Counted from the first letter of the stretch, positions 21,247 through 30,780 are shown. The stretch is DNA of 64,000 nt from an uncultured Bacteroidota bacterium (GCA_963809695.1 CAWEKI010000001.1:21018-85017); one strand, 5' to 3'. A program made the numbers and translations. Notes: a model not told the origin generated them from the letters alone.

Positions 21247-22107
21247 ATGAACTTCACCATCGCTCTTGCTCAGATCGATCCCGTGCTCGGGGATCTGGCG
21301 CGGAACATTGACAAGCACCTGGAATTTGTCGAGAAGGCGCGCGCGGCCGGTGCCGCACTCGTGCTCTTTCCAGAACTCAGTCTGTCGGGGTACTCGGTGC
21401 GAGACCTGCACTGGGACCTTGCCGTGAATGTCCGGAAGCTTCCGTCGGTGTTCGATCCGCTCCTGAAAGCAAGTCACGGCCTTTTGATCCTTGCCGGGGG
21501 AGTGGAGGAAGGCCCATCGTATGCCCTTCATAATGCCGCGTTTCTCTTTGAAGACGGGAACGTGCGCACCGTCCATCGCAAGGCGTATCCTCCTACCTAC
21601 GGGATGTTTGAGGAGCTCCGGTATTTCAGCCCCGGTTCTTCCGTACGGGCATTTGACACATCCCTGGGCCGGATCGGCGTTCTGATCTGTGAAGATCTCT
21701 GGCATCCGTCCTTGCCTTACATCCTTGCGCAGGACGGGGCGGAGTTGATCGCCACGCTTGTTGCAAGTCCCACGCGTGTCACCGGCGCGGAGGAGCGGCT
21801 CCAGATGGCCTCTTTGAACACCGAGAACCACAAGGCATACGCTCGGCTGCTGTCAACGTACATCGCCTTCTGCAACAGGGTGGGATACGAAGACGGGGTG
21901 AACTTCTGGGGAGGGTCGGAAGTGGTTGGCCCGGGGGGCAGTGTCATCGTGTCGGCACCTCTCTTTGACGAGAACCTGATCCTTGCACGCATTGAGGAGG
22001 AGGAGATCAGGCGTGCCCGGCGTCTGTCGAGGCATTTTCTGGACGAGAACCCGGATCTGGTTATGCGGGAGTTGGAAAGGATTAGGAAAAGGCGAGAGGA
22101 GCGCTAG
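21247..22107 (+). CDS. carbon-nitrogen hydrolase (nitrilase superfamily) protein
   Basis: E-K-C triad context: LVLFPELSLSGY, HRKAYPP, GVLICEDLWH. ATG at 21247 lies just after the response-regulator stop; the ORF-track start at 21220 overlaps. Confidence 0.75.
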   Translation: MNFTIALAQIDPVLGDLARNIDKHLEFVEKARAAGAALVLFPELSLSGYSVRDLHWDLAVNVRKLPSVFDPLLKASHGLLILAGGVEEGPSYALHNAAFLFEDGNVRTVHRKAYPPTYGMFEELRYFSPGSSVRAFDTSLGRIGVLICEDLWHPSLPYILAQDGAELIATLVASPTRVTGAEERLQMASLNTENHKAYARLLSTYIAFCNRVGYEDGVNFWGGSEVVGPGGSVIVSAPLFDENLILARIEEEEIRRARRLSRHFLDENPDLVMRELERIRKRREER

Positions 22108-22240
22108 GAAAAAGACGTACACAGCCCTTCGGCTCGCCTCAACACAGCACGATGGGGCTCGCTCAGGGTTACTTCGATTGATATTATCAAGGGTTGCAGG
22201 TACGTTCACATTTTCGTATTTTATACATCCAGATTTTCAC

Positions 22241-22313
22241 GGGCGCGTAGCTCAGGGGTAGAGCATCTGCCTTTTAAGCAGAGGGTCGTTGGTTCGAAGC
22301 CAACCGCGCTCAC
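22241..22313 (+). tRNA. tRNA-Lys (anticodon UUU)
   Basis: Cloverleaf folds by eye: acceptor GGGCGCG/CGCGCTC, D-arm GCTC..GAGC, anticodon stem TCTGC/GCAGA with loop CTTTTAA, T-arm GTTGG-TTCGAAG-CCAAC. Confidence 0.85.
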
Positions 22314-22328
22314 AATACCCCCCAGCAT

Positions 22329-22370
22329 TCAGACCGGGGTCTGACCCTGGTCTGACCCTGGTCTGTCCCT
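22329..22370 (+). repeat. REP-like palindromic repeat cluster (left), ggtctgaccc units
   Basis: tcagaccggggtctgaccctggtctgaccctggtctgtccct; contains a cagacc/ggtctg hairpin. A near-identical cluster lies at 23057-23116. Confidence 0.6.
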
Positions 22371-22598
22371 CAACCGCGGCGAGCTTTCCTGCGATTTTCC
22401 ATCTCTTCTAAAGCATTCCAGATTTTTCTCGCCTCTGGGGAAAGAAATGCCTGAGCTGACTCCGGGTCAGCGGTATTAAACTCCTGAAAGAAGTTGGCAT
22501 ATTTCGCAGGCCCTCCCACAAGAGACCATAGCAAGGAACGCTTGTCCGGGACTGTATCCGCTTTGTTGACGTACTCGCTGCAACTTGAGTACCGCCAT

Positions 22599-22961
22599 TT
22601 AATGCGAGAGGCGCAGAAGACTCTCTGGATCCGGCACAACTACTCCGCCATAGCGACCCTGGAAAACGTGCCCGCTTCTGTTCAGGCGTCTGTTGAGCCA
22701 CTGGGCATACGACTGGGTCACCTTCTTCATGAAACGTGAGATCGCATACGGCTCATGCTGCTGCACAATCAAATGAACATGATTGGGCATGAGCGAGTGG
22801 ACCAGCAGAGAGACAGCGATCGCCTTTTGTGCATCCAGCAGGAACTCCATGTACCGATCATACTCGCGACTGCAGTGAAAGAGTTGACCGCGGTTGACGC
22901 CCCGGTTGAAGGCGTGGACGATGATATTTGGAACGACAAGATAATCTCTGTTGCTTCGCAT
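22599..22961 (-). CDS. RAYT / IS200-like Y1 (HUH) transposase (REP-associated tyrosine transposase-like), 120 aa
   Basis: HUH motif PNHVHLIVQQ and catalytic-Tyr motif HVFQGRY (WQxR[Y/F] type, ~43 aa after HUH as in E. coli YafM-type RAYTs). N-terminal NIIVHAFNRGVNRGQLF. The ORF track runs the frame on to 23996 only because no stop occurs; ATG is at 22961. Confidence 0.65.
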   Translation of the reverse strand: MRSNRDYLVVPNIIVHAFNRGVNRGQLFHCSREYDRYMEFLLDAQKAIAVSLLVHSLMPNHVHLIVQQHEPYAISRFMKKVTQSYAQWLNRRLNRSGHVFQGRYGGVVVPDPESLLRLSH

Positions 22962-23056
22962 GGTGGCTATCTCCTTCTCGTTAGACTGCCCATATAGATA
23001 TACAACGGACGAGGCGTTTTTTCGAACAGGAATGAAGAAAAAGTCGTCGTCGTCTT

Positions 23057-23116
23057 TGGGGTCAGACCGGGGTCTGACCCTGGTCTGGCCCTGACCTGTC
23101 CCTGGTCTGACCCTCG
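23057..23116 (+). repeat. REP-like palindromic repeat cluster (right)
   Basis: ggggtcagaccggggtctgaccctggtctggccctgacctgtccctggtctgaccct; gggtcagacc/ggtctgaccc is a perfect hairpin; same family as 22329-22370. Confidence 0.6.
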
Positions 23117-23231
23117 TGGATGAAGGTAGAAAGTGCCATCCCTTGCGAAAAGCATTGGTTTTCGATATCTTGCTTCCTCCATCGCGTGATTTGCAGCAGC
23201 GGATCCCACTCCCAGCCGGAGGTACCCAACT

Positions 23232-25112
23232 GTGCATCTCGAGCTCATCGATTGGATCATTGTCGCGGTCTCTTTGATCGTTTGTTTCTTTCCAGCGCTT
23301 TTCTTTGGAAAGCGTGCGGGGAAGAACACCACCGAGTTCTTCGCTTCCGGTCGATCGGTCCCCTGGTGGCTCGCCGGCGTCTCCATGGTAGCCACGACGT
23401 TCAGCAGCGACACGCCAAACCTCGTGACGGATATCGTGAGACGCAACGGGGTAGCGGGCAACTGGGTCTGGTGGGCATTTGTGCTGACAGGTGTTGCGAC
23501 CGTCTTCTTCTATGCCCGCCTCTGGCGAAGGTCGGGCGTGATGACCGACCTTGAGTTCTATGAGATCCGCTATTCGGGCAAGGCCGCCAGCTTCGTCCGC
23601 GGCTTTCGCTCCGTCTATCTCGGACTCTTCTTTAACTGCATGATCATGGCCTCGGTGAACCTGGCCGCCTGCAAGATTGCGGGGGTGCTCTTTGGGCTGG
23701 ATCGATGGCAGACGCTTCTGTTTGTCGGAGTCCTGAACGTGGTCTTTGCCACCCACTCCGGCCTCTGGGGCGTGCTGGTGATCGACATGGTCCAGTTCGT
23801 TATCAAAATGACGGCGGTGATCGCGGCGGCCTATTTCGCGGTGAAACTTCCGCAGATCGGGGGGCTGACGGGCCTGGTGGACAAGCTCTCTGCACTTCCC
23901 GGACCGGGCGGATTGAATTACCTGAATATGCTCCCTGATTTTACCAACAATTGGGATCTTGCCGTCGCTGTATTCGTCATGCCAATCGCCGTGCAATGGT
24001 GGGCCGTCTGGTATCCCGGCGCGGAGCCGGGAGGAGGTAGTTACATCGCGCAGCGGATGCTGGCATCAAAGTCTGAAAAAGACTCGCTCGGTGCCGTCCT
24101 CTTCTTCAACATTGCTCATTACGTTCTGCGTCCCTGGCCCTGGATTCTTGTGGGGCTCTGCTCGCTGATCATTTACCCGCAACTCTCGGATATCCAGGCG
24201 GCATTTCCTCATCTCGACCCGACACTCATCGGCCATGATACCGCCTACCCGGCCATGCTCAAGTTTCTTCCGGTCGGGTTCATCGGCCTGATGGTCGGCG
24301 GCCTCATCGCTGCAAATTCTTCGACCATCCTGACTCATCTGAACTGGGGTGCGTCCTATCTGGTGCATGATTTTTACAGGCGATTCTGGAAGAAGAATGA
24401 AACGGAAAAACATTACGTCATGGCGGGCAGATTGGTGACCGTAGGGCTCTTCTTCTGCGCATCAGGGACGGTCTACCTGCTTGACACCGCGAAGGACACG
24501 TTCGATATCATTCTCCAGGTAGGCGCCGGGACCGGTCTGCTCTACCTCGTGCGATGGTTCTGGTGGCGCGTGAATGCCTGGGCAGAAGTGGTCGCAATGC
24601 TCTCTTCGTTTGCCGTCTCCGTGCTGATCCTCATCCTCAATAAGAATGGAGCCGGGATCAGCAGCCATAGCGCACTGCTCATCACGATTGCGTGCACGAC
24701 GATCTGCTGGGTAAGCGTGACGTTATGGGGCCCTCAGACCGACCGTCAGGTGTTGATCGACTTCTATAAGAAAGTGCGCCCCTTTGGCCCCGGTTGGACG
24801 CGCATCCGCAAAGAAGCCGGCATTTCCGTCAAAGATGCCGAGACGGGGGGACAGAATATCCCGCTCGCGCTTCTCGGTTGGTTTGCGGGGTGTGCGGTCA
24901 TTTGGTCAGCACTCTTCACTGTGGGGAACTTCCTGTACGGGCGCACGGGTATGGCCCTGCTGTTGCTCGGCGTTTTTATCGTAACCGGTCTGGTCCTTCT
25001 GTATGTGATCAACAGGGTCTGGGCGGACAGCACGATCTACGCCGCTGACCAGGCCAGACGCGAGAAACTCGAGTCTGGAGAAAAGGCCAACGGCAGCAGC
25101 GAGCCCGATTAG
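23232..25112 (+). CDS. sodium:solute symporter family (SSF) transporter
   Basis: 626 aa. Many TM helices; SSF signature region GRSVPWWLAGVSMVATTFSSDTPNLVTD. GTG start. Confidence 0.8.
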   Translation: MHLELIDWIIVAVSLIVCFFPALFFGKRAGKNTTEFFASGRSVPWWLAGVSMVATTFSSDTPNLVTDIVRRNGVAGNWVWWAFVLTGVATVFFYARLWRRSGVMTDLEFYEIRYSGKAASFVRGFRSVYLGLFFNCMIMASVNLAACKIAGVLFGLDRWQTLLFVGVLNVVFATHSGLWGVLVIDMVQFVIKMTAVIAAAYFAVKLPQIGGLTGLVDKLSALPGPGGLNYLNMLPDFTNNWDLAVAVFVMPIAVQWWAVWYPGAEPGGGSYIAQRMLASKSEKDSLGAVLFFNIAHYVLRPWPWILVGLCSLIIYPQLSDIQAAFPHLDPTLIGHDTAYPAMLKFLPVGFIGLMVGGLIAANSSTILTHLNWGASYLVHDFYRRFWKKNETEKHYVMAGRLVTVGLFFCASGTVYLLDTAKDTFDIILQVGAGTGLLYLVRWFWWRVNAWAEVVAMLSSFAVSVLILILNKNGAGISSHSALLITIACTTICWVSVTLWGPQTDRQVLIDFYKKVRPFGPGWTRIRKEAGISVKDAETGGQNIPLALLGWFAGCAVIWSALFTVGNFLYGRTGMALLLLGVFIVTGLVLLYVINRVWADSTIYAADQARREKLESGEKANGSSEPD

Positions 25113-25117
25113 CGACG

Positions 25118-26197
25118 ATGACGCCACGAACACTCCGTCTCTCGACTCCAGGCCGGGTATGCCTGTTCGGGGAGCATCAAGACTACCTCGCGCTGCCGGT
25201 CGTGCCCTGCGCGATCTCTTTGCGCGTCGGCATTGAAGGGAAAAAGCGCGGGGATCGATTGGCAGTCCTGGACCTGCCCGACATCGGCAGGCGCGAGACA
25301 TTTTCGCTGGAAACACCGCTTTCGTACGGAGCCGAACGGGATTACCTCCGTAGCTCCGTGAACGTCTTGCTCCGGCACGGGTTCACCTTCTCGCACGGCG
25401 TCGAGTGTACCGTGCATGGCAACATTCCGATCAACTCCGGAACTTCGAGCTCATCCGCCCTGATCATTACATGGGTCAATTTCTTGACGCGCATGAGCGA
25501 CCAGGAAGAGCAGGTGGGGGAAAAAAGACTGGCGGAGCTCGCGCACGAAGCCGAGGTGGTTGAGTTCGGGGAGCCGGGGGGGATGATGGACCACTACTCC
25601 ACCGCCTACGGCGGCGTGCTCGCCATAGATTTTTATCCGGCGATCACGGTGGAAAGGATCAATGTCACGACGGGGACGTTTGTCCTTGGTGATTCAGGGG
25701 AGCCGAAAGACACTACAACGATTCTCGGGAGAGTAAAAGGGGGGGTTCTCAACGCAGCCCGAAAGCTCGCCGAGTCCCGGCCGCAATTTACCCTCCAGAC
25801 GGCCACTGACGAGGAGATTGATGAGTTGAGCGGACATCTGTCGGCAACCGAGGTGGAATTGCTCCATGGCACCCTTCGCAATCGGAACTTCACCCGGGAA
25901 GCGCGGCTGATGTTGCAGCAATCCCCGTTGGATCACCGACGTTTGGGAAGGTTGCTCGGCGAACATCATGCCGTGCTCAGGGACGTTCAGGGTATTTCGA
26001 CGCGGAAGATCGAGCGCATGATGAATGCGGCTCTTGCCGCAGGAGCCTATGGTGGGAAGATCAACGGATCAGGGGGAGGAGGCTGCATGTTCGTTTACGC
26101 GCCGGAGAACCCGGAGGCGGTGGCCGCCGCGATTGAGCGAGAAGGAGGCAAAGCATATGTGGTGCATGCCGATGAAGGCACCCGGGTTGAGGAGTGA
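25118..26197 (+). CDS. GHMP kinase, galactokinase-like sugar 1-kinase
   Basis: Galactokinase signature PGRVCLFGEHQDYL (GRVNLIGEHTDY-like). GHMP ATP motif PINSGTSSSSAL. C-terminal GHMP domain with GSGGGG. Confidence 0.75.
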   Translation: MTPRTLRLSTPGRVCLFGEHQDYLALPVVPCAISLRVGIEGKKRGDRLAVLDLPDIGRRETFSLETPLSYGAERDYLRSSVNVLLRHGFTFSHGVECTVHGNIPINSGTSSSSALIITWVNFLTRMSDQEEQVGEKRLAELAHEAEVVEFGEPGGMMDHYSTAYGGVLAIDFYPAITVERINVTTGTFVLGDSGEPKDTTTILGRVKGGVLNAARKLAESRPQFTLQTATDEEIDELSGHLSATEVELLHGTLRNRNFTREARLMLQQSPLDHRRLGRLLGEHHAVLRDVQGISTRKIERMMNAALAAGAYGGKINGSGGGGCMFVYAPENPEAVAAAIEREGGKAYVVHADEGTRVEE

Positions 26198-26312
26198 ACC
26201 GGTCCAAGGATAGGTTTGGAACAAAACCCTCTCAGCACGATAAGCACACGTAGCTTGTCGTCCTTACATGCTCTTCGTCAGGACCCATCGGAGGTCTGAA
26301 GAAGAAAAGCCC

Positions 26313-27176
26313 ATGGAACCCAACCTCGTGATCCTCGCAGGCGGAATTTCCTCCCGGATGAGAAAAGCCGGTCCACCTGCGCTCGAACCGCGTCTTATGA
26401 AGGATGCCGATACCAAGTCGAAGTCGATGATCGGACTCGGGTCCGAAGGGCGTCCTTTTCTGGATTATCTTCTTTTCAGCGCATGGAAGGGAGGACACCG
26501 CGACGTGGTCATCGTGGTGTCGGAGAGCGATACATCCATTCGTTCTTACTACGCCGATCCGAAGCGAACGGCCAGCCTCACCGATGTCCGGATTACGTTT
26601 GCTGTCCAACTCATTCCATCCGGTCGCACAACACCGCTTGGAACGGCAGATGCGCTCCTGCAAGGGCTCCATGCTCGTCGTGATTGGCGGGGGCAGCATC
26701 TTACCGTCTGCAACAGTGATAACCTGTATTCCTCCCGCGCGTTCAAAATGATGTTGGAAGACCCATCGGGGTGTGCGATGGCGGATTATGATCGTGATGC
26801 GCTGGCGTTCGCTCGGTCGAGGGTTGAGCAGTTTGCAGTGGTTGTGAAGGATGAAAAGGGGGCAGTGCTGGGCATCATCGAGAAGCCGAGGGCCGAGGAA
26901 GTGCGGCGGGCGGCAGACAAGAATGGTCGGGTCGGGGTCAGCATGAATCTCTGGCGATTTCCGTATGACAGGATTTTACCGTGCCTGGAGGAGGTGCCGG
27001 CGCATCCCGTCCGCCGTGAGAAAGAGCTGCCCTCTGCGGTGCTCATGATGCTCCAACGATGGCCGGGGTCATTCGTCACGCTCCCAATATCGGAGCATGT
27101 GCCGGACCTGACGGACAGGGGAGACATTGAGATCGTCAGAGCGTACTTGGAAAGTGAATTCCCAGAAATGGGGTAA
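26313..27176 (+). CDS. sugar-phosphate nucleotidyltransferase (NTP_transferase family)
   Basis: N-terminal LVILAGGISSRM (GxGxR nucleotidyltransferase loop). Internal ATG 26313 preferred over ORF-track start 26268. Confidence 0.7.
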   Translation: MEPNLVILAGGISSRMRKAGPPALEPRLMKDADTKSKSMIGLGSEGRPFLDYLLFSAWKGGHRDVVIVVSESDTSIRSYYADPKRTASLTDVRITFAVQLIPSGRTTPLGTADALLQGLHARRDWRGQHLTVCNSDNLYSSRAFKMMLEDPSGCAMADYDRDALAFARSRVEQFAVVVKDEKGAVLGIIEKPRAEEVRRAADKNGRVGVSMNLWRFPYDRILPCLEEVPAHPVRREKELPSAVLMMLQRWPGSFVTLPISEHVPDLTDRGDIEIVRAYLESEFPEMG

Positions 27177-27420
27177 TGCCAGGTGCAAGACAAACACAAA
27201 GAACACGGAGGAAAGCGTATTAGTTTGGGAACAGCAAAAACAAAAGCAGAAACACGACATGTAGCTCCTGCGTCTGTTTATAAACTCTCTTTTCTAACTA
27301 CTCTTCCCCTCTGTGGCTCTTTGAGTCCTTTGGGTTCTCTCTGTTCGTCATGTACCAGAGAGTTCTCATTTTATCTTGCTTTTTTCTCCAAAATTTTCGA
27401 AATTCATACGCTCTTTCAAT

Positions 27421-27503
27421 GCGGAAGTGGCGAAATTGGCAGACGCACCATCTTGAGGGGGTGGCGCCCAAAAGGCATGCGGGTTCAAGTCCCGCCTTCC
27501 GCA
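27421..27503 (+). tRNA. tRNA-Leu (anticodon GAG), type II with long variable arm
   Basis: Acceptor GCGGAAG/CTTCCGC, anticodon stem CCATC/GGTGG with loop TTGAGGG, long variable arm, T-arm GCGGG-TTCAAGT-CCCGC. Confidence 0.85.
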
Positions 27504-27850
27504 CGAAAACGACCTCTCTAACCCCTTGTCAATCAAGGGGTTATTTGTTTTTCTCCCAGAAGGCGGGACTCTCTATGCGCCCCTGGTCCTGCCTCCGCAC
27601 GTGTCGGATCATCCAATCATTTCTCCGTCTAGGTCCTTTTCGTTCCCGCCATTCCTTCGTTGGGTCTTTGCTCCATGGGTGAGGGAAGGGAGACATCCGG
27701 TACGGCTCAACCAGTATGCTCGAGTGATTGCAGTAACGCCGGATCCCTGTCCACCTGTTACATGGCAGCCTCGGGCGACATGTTCATCGGCAGCGGGAGG
27801 TGATCGCTCGTAGGGCATCCTTGGAAAAGGTTCTGCACCGATACGAGCGA
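27481..27850 (+). repeat. tRNA-Leu 3'-end + terminator + ~350-bp flank module (copy A1)
   Basis: Diverged copies at 61684-62060 (A2), 46310-46410 (partial A3) and 62232-62300 (tRNA-3'/terminator-like). Shared motifs: ttcaagtcccgccttccgca, aaccccttgtcaatcaaggggttatttgttt, ctgtccacctgttacatgg, gctcgtagggcatcc. Confidence 0.6.
27520..27552 (+). terminator. rho-independent terminator after tRNA-Leu
   Basis: aacccctt-gtcaatc-aaggggtt hairpin followed by atttgttttt. Confidence 0.6.
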
Positions 27851-28514
27851 CGGCCGGGGATGATTGGGAACACGGGGTTGCTTCTATATCCCTAAGCGCT
27901 GGTCCTTATGTGGATAATGCCGACGTAGGGCCTCATCCTTGGTGCCTAAAGGCCAACGCAGCGTGGGTTGGCGGTCCATATCTCACATTTGCGGGTCCTA
28001 TTCCTGAAGAAGCTTGAACACCCCGCGTGCAAAGGCGCATCGCGTCGTTCCCTGGAGTATCTCCGCTTCTGCCCGGTAGGCATTACCATGCTTGTCTACG
28101 AACCAAGCGTTGACCGTGAGCGGTGTGAGTAGGGGTGTCGTGACGAAATAGCGAACATCCAACCTGCCCGTCAAAGGGTTGCCGCCGTACAGATCATGCA
28201 ACAGTCACACCATGGCGCTATCCAGGATTGTTGCCACGATCCCTCCCAGAGCGATGCCTTCATATCCTTTGAAGCGTTTGTCAATCGTAACCATGGTGGG
28301 CGCGGGTCTACGTGTGTTCGGGGTCTTTCTTGACCCCCGATTCTGCCGATTCATTCTCCAATTCCGCACCTGCACGACGTTTGCCTCTTTTCTCCCATTC
28401 CATTACCTTGGTGTACTTGCCTCGCCAAATGGCCCTATACATGATGGCCGCGCTGATCAACGGTCCAGCCGGTTCGTTGTAGCTGTTGCAGGCGAGAATA
28501 TAAGGAAAATCAGG

Positions 28515-30575
28515 ATGGACGTGACTCAACCAGGCGAATCAAAAGGCTCTCTCCCAGTCGTAAGTGATGACTTGTCGGCACGCAAGAAGGATCTGACCGG
28601 AGAAGACGAAAGGTCGACTGGATTGGAGGGGAGCCTGGAGGCGCGGCTGGAGTTTGAGATGTTGCTCACCGATCTTTCTGCCCGCTTTGTGAATATCCCC
28701 TCTGAGCGTATCGACAGTGAGATTGAGGATGCCGAGCGTCGCATTTGCGAATTCCTTGCCATTGATGTTGCGACGCTTTGGCAGTGGGAGGAAGTTGCGT
28801 CGGGTGCCTTCGCGTTGACCCACCTCTTCAACGCCAATGGAGATCAGGCCCCGCCAGAACGCAGGATTGATGCGATATATCCCTGGGCCCGGCAACAAAT
28901 GCTGCTCGGCCGCGTGGTTGCTTTTTCGTCTCCAAACGATCTGCCGCCCGAGGCAGCCCGCGACCGCGAATCCCTCCAACGTTTCGGCATCAAGTCAGGT
29001 TTGATACTTCCTCTCTCGGTAGGGGGTGGAGCGACCATCGGGATCTTCGGTCTTGAAACAGTGCGAGCGGAGCGTGACTGGCCGGACGATTTGAAAAAGC
29101 GGTTGCAGTTAGTTGCACAGGTCTTTGCTAATGCCCTGGCGCGAAAGCGCGCAGATCAGGCGTTGATTGACAGTGGCGAGCAATTGGCTCTGGCTGCCGA
29201 GGCAGGGGAAGTCGGCATCTGGGTGCGAGATTATACTCACAACCGAATCTTGGGATCGGAAAAATGGCATCGACTGTTCGGGTTTCCCCCTGGTTCCGAG
29301 GTGAGTCTCGACGATTTTATGCAGCGGATTCACGCAGATGACCATGAACAGGTGGAGCGGGCGATTCTACGCACTATGAAGGAGCGCGTTGATTATGCAG
29401 CAGAATTCCGCCTGGTTCTACCCGATGGAAGGATGCGTTGGATCATGTCCCGTGGGCGGATTCAGGAGGCCGCAAATGGGAAACCGCCCCGTATGTTGGG
29501 AGCAGCAATTGACATCACCGAACGCAAACTGTTGGAGGGACAGCTCATTGATCACCTCCAAGAGATCGAGGAGCTCAAGCAGCGCGTCGAACAAGAGAAC
29601 ACCTATCTGCAGGAAGAGATCGGGCTTCTGGTTGAACACGCGGATATTGTGGGGAAGAGTGCAGCTATCAAGCAGGTTCTCGTTCGGGCAAGCCAGGTGG
29701 CCGGGACAGATGCGACGGTCCTCCTGATGGGCGAGACCGGTACGGGAAAAGAACTACTCGCGAGGGCGATCCACAAGATGAGCCGCCGGAAAGAACGCAC
29801 CCTGGTGACAGTTAACTGCGCCTCGCTACCAGCCACACTGATCGAAAGCGAACTCTTTGGCCGTGAAAAGGGAGCCTACACGGATGCACTGACGAAAATG
29901 GTTGGGAGGTTCGAGCTTGCAGACGGGTCAACGCTTTTTCTCGATGAGATTGGCGAAGTTCCTCTTGAGGTACAGTCCAAGCTCCTGCGCGTCCTCGAGG
30001 AAGGACAGTTTGAACGATTGGGCTCCACAAAGACACTGCATGCGAACGTCCGCATCATTGCTGCCACAAACCGGGATCTCGGGCGGTTTGTGCAGGAAGG
30101 CAAATTTCGGCAAGACCTTTACTACAGGTTGAATGTTTTCCCCCTTGTCGTCCCACCGCTCCGCGAACGGCCGGAGGATATCCCGCTTCTGGTCTGGACC
30201 TTTGTCAGAGAGTTTGAGATGAAGATTGGCAAGCGGATCGATCGCATTTCCAGCAAGTCCATGGATTCCATGCAACGTTACCCCTGGCCGGGCAATGTCA
30301 GGGAATTGAGGAATATGATCGAACACGGGATGATTGTGAGCACCGGTAACACCCTCACGGTGAACTTGCCTCAAGATGACCTTTCAGGAAAAAACAAAGC
30401 TTCAGACCTTGACAGTATTGAACGAAGTCATATACTCAAGGTTCTGACAGGGTCCGGCTGGCGTATCGGCGGCAAAAGCGGGGCGGCAGAGGTCTTGGGA
30501 CTGCAAAGAACTACACTTCAGTCGCTGATGAAAAGACTCGGAATCAAACGTCCCCTCCCCGGGGGACGGCAATAA
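28515..30575 (+). CDS. sigma54-dependent transcriptional activator (enhancer-binding protein) with N-terminal GAF/PAS sensory domains
   Basis: AAA+ sigma54-interaction domain (GETGTGKE, ESELFGREKGAYT, GAFT-equivalent region). C-terminal Fis-type HTH. ATG 28515 chosen by colinearity with the paralog at 46943. Confidence 0.85.
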   Translation: MDVTQPGESKGSLPVVSDDLSARKKDLTGEDERSTGLEGSLEARLEFEMLLTDLSARFVNIPSERIDSEIEDAERRICEFLAIDVATLWQWEEVASGAFALTHLFNANGDQAPPERRIDAIYPWARQQMLLGRVVAFSSPNDLPPEAARDRESLQRFGIKSGLILPLSVGGGATIGIFGLETVRAERDWPDDLKKRLQLVAQVFANALARKRADQALIDSGEQLALAAEAGEVGIWVRDYTHNRILGSEKWHRLFGFPPGSEVSLDDFMQRIHADDHEQVERAILRTMKERVDYAAEFRLVLPDGRMRWIMSRGRIQEAANGKPPRMLGAAIDITERKLLEGQLIDHLQEIEELKQRVEQENTYLQEEIGLLVEHADIVGKSAAIKQVLVRASQVAGTDATVLLMGETGTGKELLARAIHKMSRRKERTLVTVNCASLPATLIESELFGREKGAYTDALTKMVGRFELADGSTLFLDEIGEVPLEVQSKLLRVLEEGQFERLGSTKTLHANVRIIAATNRDLGRFVQEGKFRQDLYYRLNVFPLVVPPLRERPEDIPLLVWTFVREFEMKIGKRIDRISSKSMDSMQRYPWPGNVRELRNMIEHGMIVSTGNTLTVNLPQDDLSGKNKASDLDSIERSHILKVLTGSGWRIGGKSGAAEVLGLQRTTLQSLMKRLGIKRPLPGGRQ

Positions 30576-30690
30576 GACCACGCTGCCGAAATGTCGGCAC
30601 GAGTCTGAAGTTATTCTCACTCTCCACGTTGCTCCCGCCATAAACACCCCCAAAGAGTGCGTTTTTCGTGCAGATCTCTCAGACCTTCTC

Positions 30691-30705
30691 TGGCATGATT
30701 CTCGC
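30691..30705 (+). promoter_or_regulatory. candidate sigma54 (-24/-12) promoter upstream of ABM gene 1
   Basis: TGGCAT-N5-TCGC with the GG-to-GC spacing of 12 expected for RpoN promoters; 75 bp upstream of the ABM start and downstream of the EBP gene. Confidence 0.4.
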
Positions 30706-30780
30706 CGCTTGGTCTCTAGTGTCGAGAGATAAGAGAAGGCTCTCCTTGGGGGAATTCTTCCTTCCCTTCCAGCAAACGAA

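Larger units (their letters stand above)
22329..23116. mobile_element. RAYT-REP unit (REPIN-like) located 3' of tRNA-Lys
   Basis: Y1 transposase gene bracketed by two clusters of the same palindromic repeat, immediately downstream of a tRNA. Confidence 0.45.

Noticed and set aside
22370-22701. Two small minus-strand ORFs (89 and 97 aa) between tRNA-Lys and the RAYT gene
   Set aside because: No recognisable domain. They overlap each other and the REP region; likely noise.
22599-23996. 465-aa minus-strand ORF
   Set aside because: Only the C-terminal 120 codons (22599-22961) form the Y1-transposase gene. The rest is stop-free by chance and overlaps REP repeats and the SSF transporter gene.
27998-28529. 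Two small minus-strand ORFs (67 and 73 aa) in the 1-kb gap after tRNA-Leu
   Set aside because: They could be remnants of a decayed gene (I looked for integrase motifs R..H..R..Y and found none). No domain recognised, so not called.
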